A stretch of DNA of 15,588 bases, taken from assembly GCA_964013405.1 (NCBI GenBank), contig CAXGWI010000084.1, positions 1-15,588 of the forward strand, in the 5' to 3' direction. This stretch comes from an uncultured Myxococcales bacterium. GTDB lineage: Bacteria; Myxococcota; UBA4151. Shown here one piece after another: positions 14,501-15,588 of the stretch (within the stretch, counting starts at the first letter, position 1; each line of letters opens with the position of its first letter). A program made the translations under genes and the position numbers. Below the pieces are notes generated by a model that worked only from the letters and a program-made list of their open reading frames with translations, did not search any database and was not told the DNA's origin.

Positions 14501-15588
14501 CTCCTGCCCCGCCGGGCCACCGGGTCCCAGACCCAGCCGTAGCGCTCATCGATCCGCAGCAACTCCACGTCCACGGAACCGTTGCGGTCGCTCAACACTT
14601 CACCATCGTAGTTGACCAAGATCCCCTGAATCGTGCTGGGCTCACCGGCAACGAGCTTTTTGCGGTCTCCTTTAAGGCCCACATAATGGTCGGCCGGATG
14701 GATGATCGCTTTCGTCTGCCCCTTGGTTTTGCGACCGCTACCCGCCTCGAGCACCGCGACCTTCAGCACTAAATCGCTGGGCCCTACAACACCCAGGTCA
14801 GGCGGGGCGCTCACGGGTCCATCGCCGATACGACTCTTCACCCAGCCAACCATCCGACCTGACTGCTGCTTTGCCTCAGCGGACAGTTCCGGGCCATATC
14901 GATAATCACCGTTCTTCGACGGCCTAAAGGCACTGGGCGACAGCGTCCATTGACCATCGATGGGGCTGCCTTTGGCGCTACCACCAAAGAGGTAACGAGC
15001 CGTGATGTTGGCCGTCACGGGCTCCCCTGGCCCAAAGGCCTTCCGCGCCATCTCTGCGGTCACCTTCATTCGCTCAGGAACGAATTCTTCAACCTTGAAG
15101 GTGTAAGAAGAGATCAGCTTGTCGCCAACGCTCAGGCGAGTGTTGTAGGTGCCTGTGTCGGCAAAATCACCCAGGGGAAAACTCCCTGTGATTTGACCGC
15201 CTTCATTGGTCGGGACATCGATTTTCCGGACGATCCGATTCCGGGCATCCCGCAATTGCAACTCTACCGGCATGGCCGCGGGCGGTGCCTTGTGGTCGGG
15301 GGTCCGCAACACCGCTGCAATGCGAACGGTATCCCCAGGCCGATAGACGCCGCGATCCGAATACATCGCGGCCCGGTACTCCTTGGTGTCTTTGTAGGGC
15401 AGCCCGGAGATATCGTGACGACTGTTCGATACGATGACGTCCTTGAAGGCCAGATAAGTAAGACGGCTGTCTTTGCTCGCCACCAGGGCCAGGGCCGGTG
15501 TCTTGTCGAGGCGCTCTTTATCCAGGGCCGGGAGAATACAGCCGCCATCAGGCCCCGTTGTGCATTTGCCAAGAACCCGGCCGCTGGG
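11545..15588 (-). CDS. Bacterial alpha-2-macroglobulin (YfhM family), partial (5' end outside the window)
   Basis: Motifs SDRGVYRPGD, FKVEEFVPERM, VAVVDEGILQLT, GGGDG bait segment, YRGELRVM, LPRFLSQGD, thioester YPYGCIEQ (CIEQ at 12982-12993), RDDR and EAMYDP. The frame stays open from 15483 to the edge (PSGRVLGKCTTGPDGGCILPALDKERLDKTPALALV), so the track start at 15483 is not the real start. Confidence 0.97.
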   Translation of the reverse strand, partial: PSGRVLGKCTTGPDGGCILPALDKERLDKTPALALVASKDSRLTYLAFKDVIVSNSRHDISGLPYKDTKEYRAAMYSDRGVYRPGDTVRIAAVLRTPDHKAPPAAMPVELQLRDARNRIVRKIDVPTNEGGQITGSFPLGDFADTGTYNTRLSVGDKLISSYTFKVEEFVPERMKVTAEMARKAFGPGEPVTANITARYLFGGSAKGSPIDGQWTLSPSAFRPSKNGDYRYGPELSAEAKQQSGRMVGWVKSRIGDGPVSAPPDLGVVGPSDLVLKVAVLEAGSGRKTKGQTKAIIHPADHYVGLKGDRKKLVAGEPSTIQGILVNYDGEVLSDRNGSVDVELLRIDERYGWVWDPVARRGRSRHYRKEISEQKQTVSVKNGRFQVTVQAGQDGGQFYVRAQSGEARTDLTLAGKGRYRWWWSGRSNQSQTPKPQEALALPINLPKAVEVGKAAEAVLNLPMKGRLLMTLETDQLVHSEWIDAEAGAFRWSFKVPSFVPNIYVSAFLIRSPDETAGAFLPARAYGVGSVSVKPLEYLETVSVSVPESVRSQSKLEVKLSMGRRVAKRFVTVAVVDEGILQLTRFKTPNPLPHLFPRRALQMQTFETVGWNISIPAAQDGDQDGGGDGARPGGRVQPVKPVALWSGPVAVPEDGNLTLPFELPPYRGELRVMVMAAGESTVGHAEAKVTVADPLVVQATLPRFLSQGDRLRVPVFVSNLSGSKQNIDVRLEATDLAEAGLEPFIGGSTEVLEVIGERQKQVSLEDKGSATLEFQLRGLAAVGAGQVTVTAKAGALVSEEKAQFPFLPAAPRSRRSVVVELEGGETDLKPHLEGWLPTTERSRFMVSNTPYASSFEHLRYLIRYPYGCIEQTSSSTRPLLFVSSLLRAVDPESAAKHDLEAMVQSGIDRLFSMQTGHGGFAYWPGGNQPVVWGTAYATHVLLDAKKAGYPVDAYRLDQALDWLAQNSDAQKGRHYWHWGQAAYASYVLALGGRGNKAAMKRALTALEISRFARRPHGWDAETRYLLQAGLYLAGDRSYEKQLRNPEIEAISQERSNDWTFYSDLRRWGVILDTHAQLFGIHGSGDAVADHVARTLSAHRSRYFSTQELAWAVAGLGRRLQPSAQRPKSMTLFAAGSKVKPLDNKGDKGLPAWSLYRASEYGSLKLKVSGKTEGKMYLVISSEGIARDAVYEYGGNGLVVSRNYRRRSDGRILDLTTERLKLGEVVDVELTLSNSSAAAINNIALVDRFPAGLEMETARLGSAAGQPRNWLNRRLEMRPDHVNNRDDRVEMFLTLGRRRTVKAGYSLRATTSGQFRMPPTEAEAMYDPRLWARAKGGNLTVLAPGQEQTD

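Noticed and set aside
9210..15588. The a2M + pbpC pairing as a novel system
   Set aside because: This is a well-described conserved gene pair (yfhM-pbpC). Only the possible third gene is of interest.
15264..15588. a2M start at 15483 and a separate 102-aa ORF at 15264-15572
   Set aside because: The a2M frame is open to the window edge and no signal peptide follows 15483. The short ORF is an overlapping alternative frame.
1..15588. Mobile elements, anti-phage defence genes and structural RNA genes
   Set aside because: I saw no transposase, integrase, nuclease or RT motifs and no terminal repeats. Intergenic gaps are at most 130 nt, with no tRNA- or rRNA-like sequence.

Overview
GC-rich, densely coding bacterial window with eight protein genes, two of them cut by the window edges. 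The gene set (DUF4388-like domain, zinc-ribbon/tandem-FHA proteins, DUF2330, MYXO-CTERM-type sorting signal, Cys-rich lipoprotein) suggests Myxococcota or a relative; this is inferred, not measured. Left to right: (1) a minus-strand DUF4388/PATAN-like protein with a (Pro-Glu)21+ linker, missed by the ORF track because it has no stop in the window; (2,3) a divergent, overlapping pair of zinc-ribbon + 2xFHA proteins, the first with degenerate FHA motifs and the second canonical; (4) icmF, a fused B12-dependent isobutyryl-CoA mutase/G-protein chaperone; (5) a lipoprotein with three 72-aa-spaced 10-Cys modules and a possible leaderless promoter; (6-8) a minus-strand run of alpha-2-macroglobulin (5'-truncated), pbpC and a DUF2330/EGF-like/MYXO-CTERM surface protein. 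I see no rRNA, tRNA, CRISPR array or mobile element. The best candidates for undescribed biology are the pseudo-FHA/FHA/DUF4388 signalling cluster (1-3027), the 10-Cys repeat lipoprotein and the possible extension of the a2M-pbpC unit by a DUF2330 surface protein. All family calls come from motif recognition by eye, not database searches.
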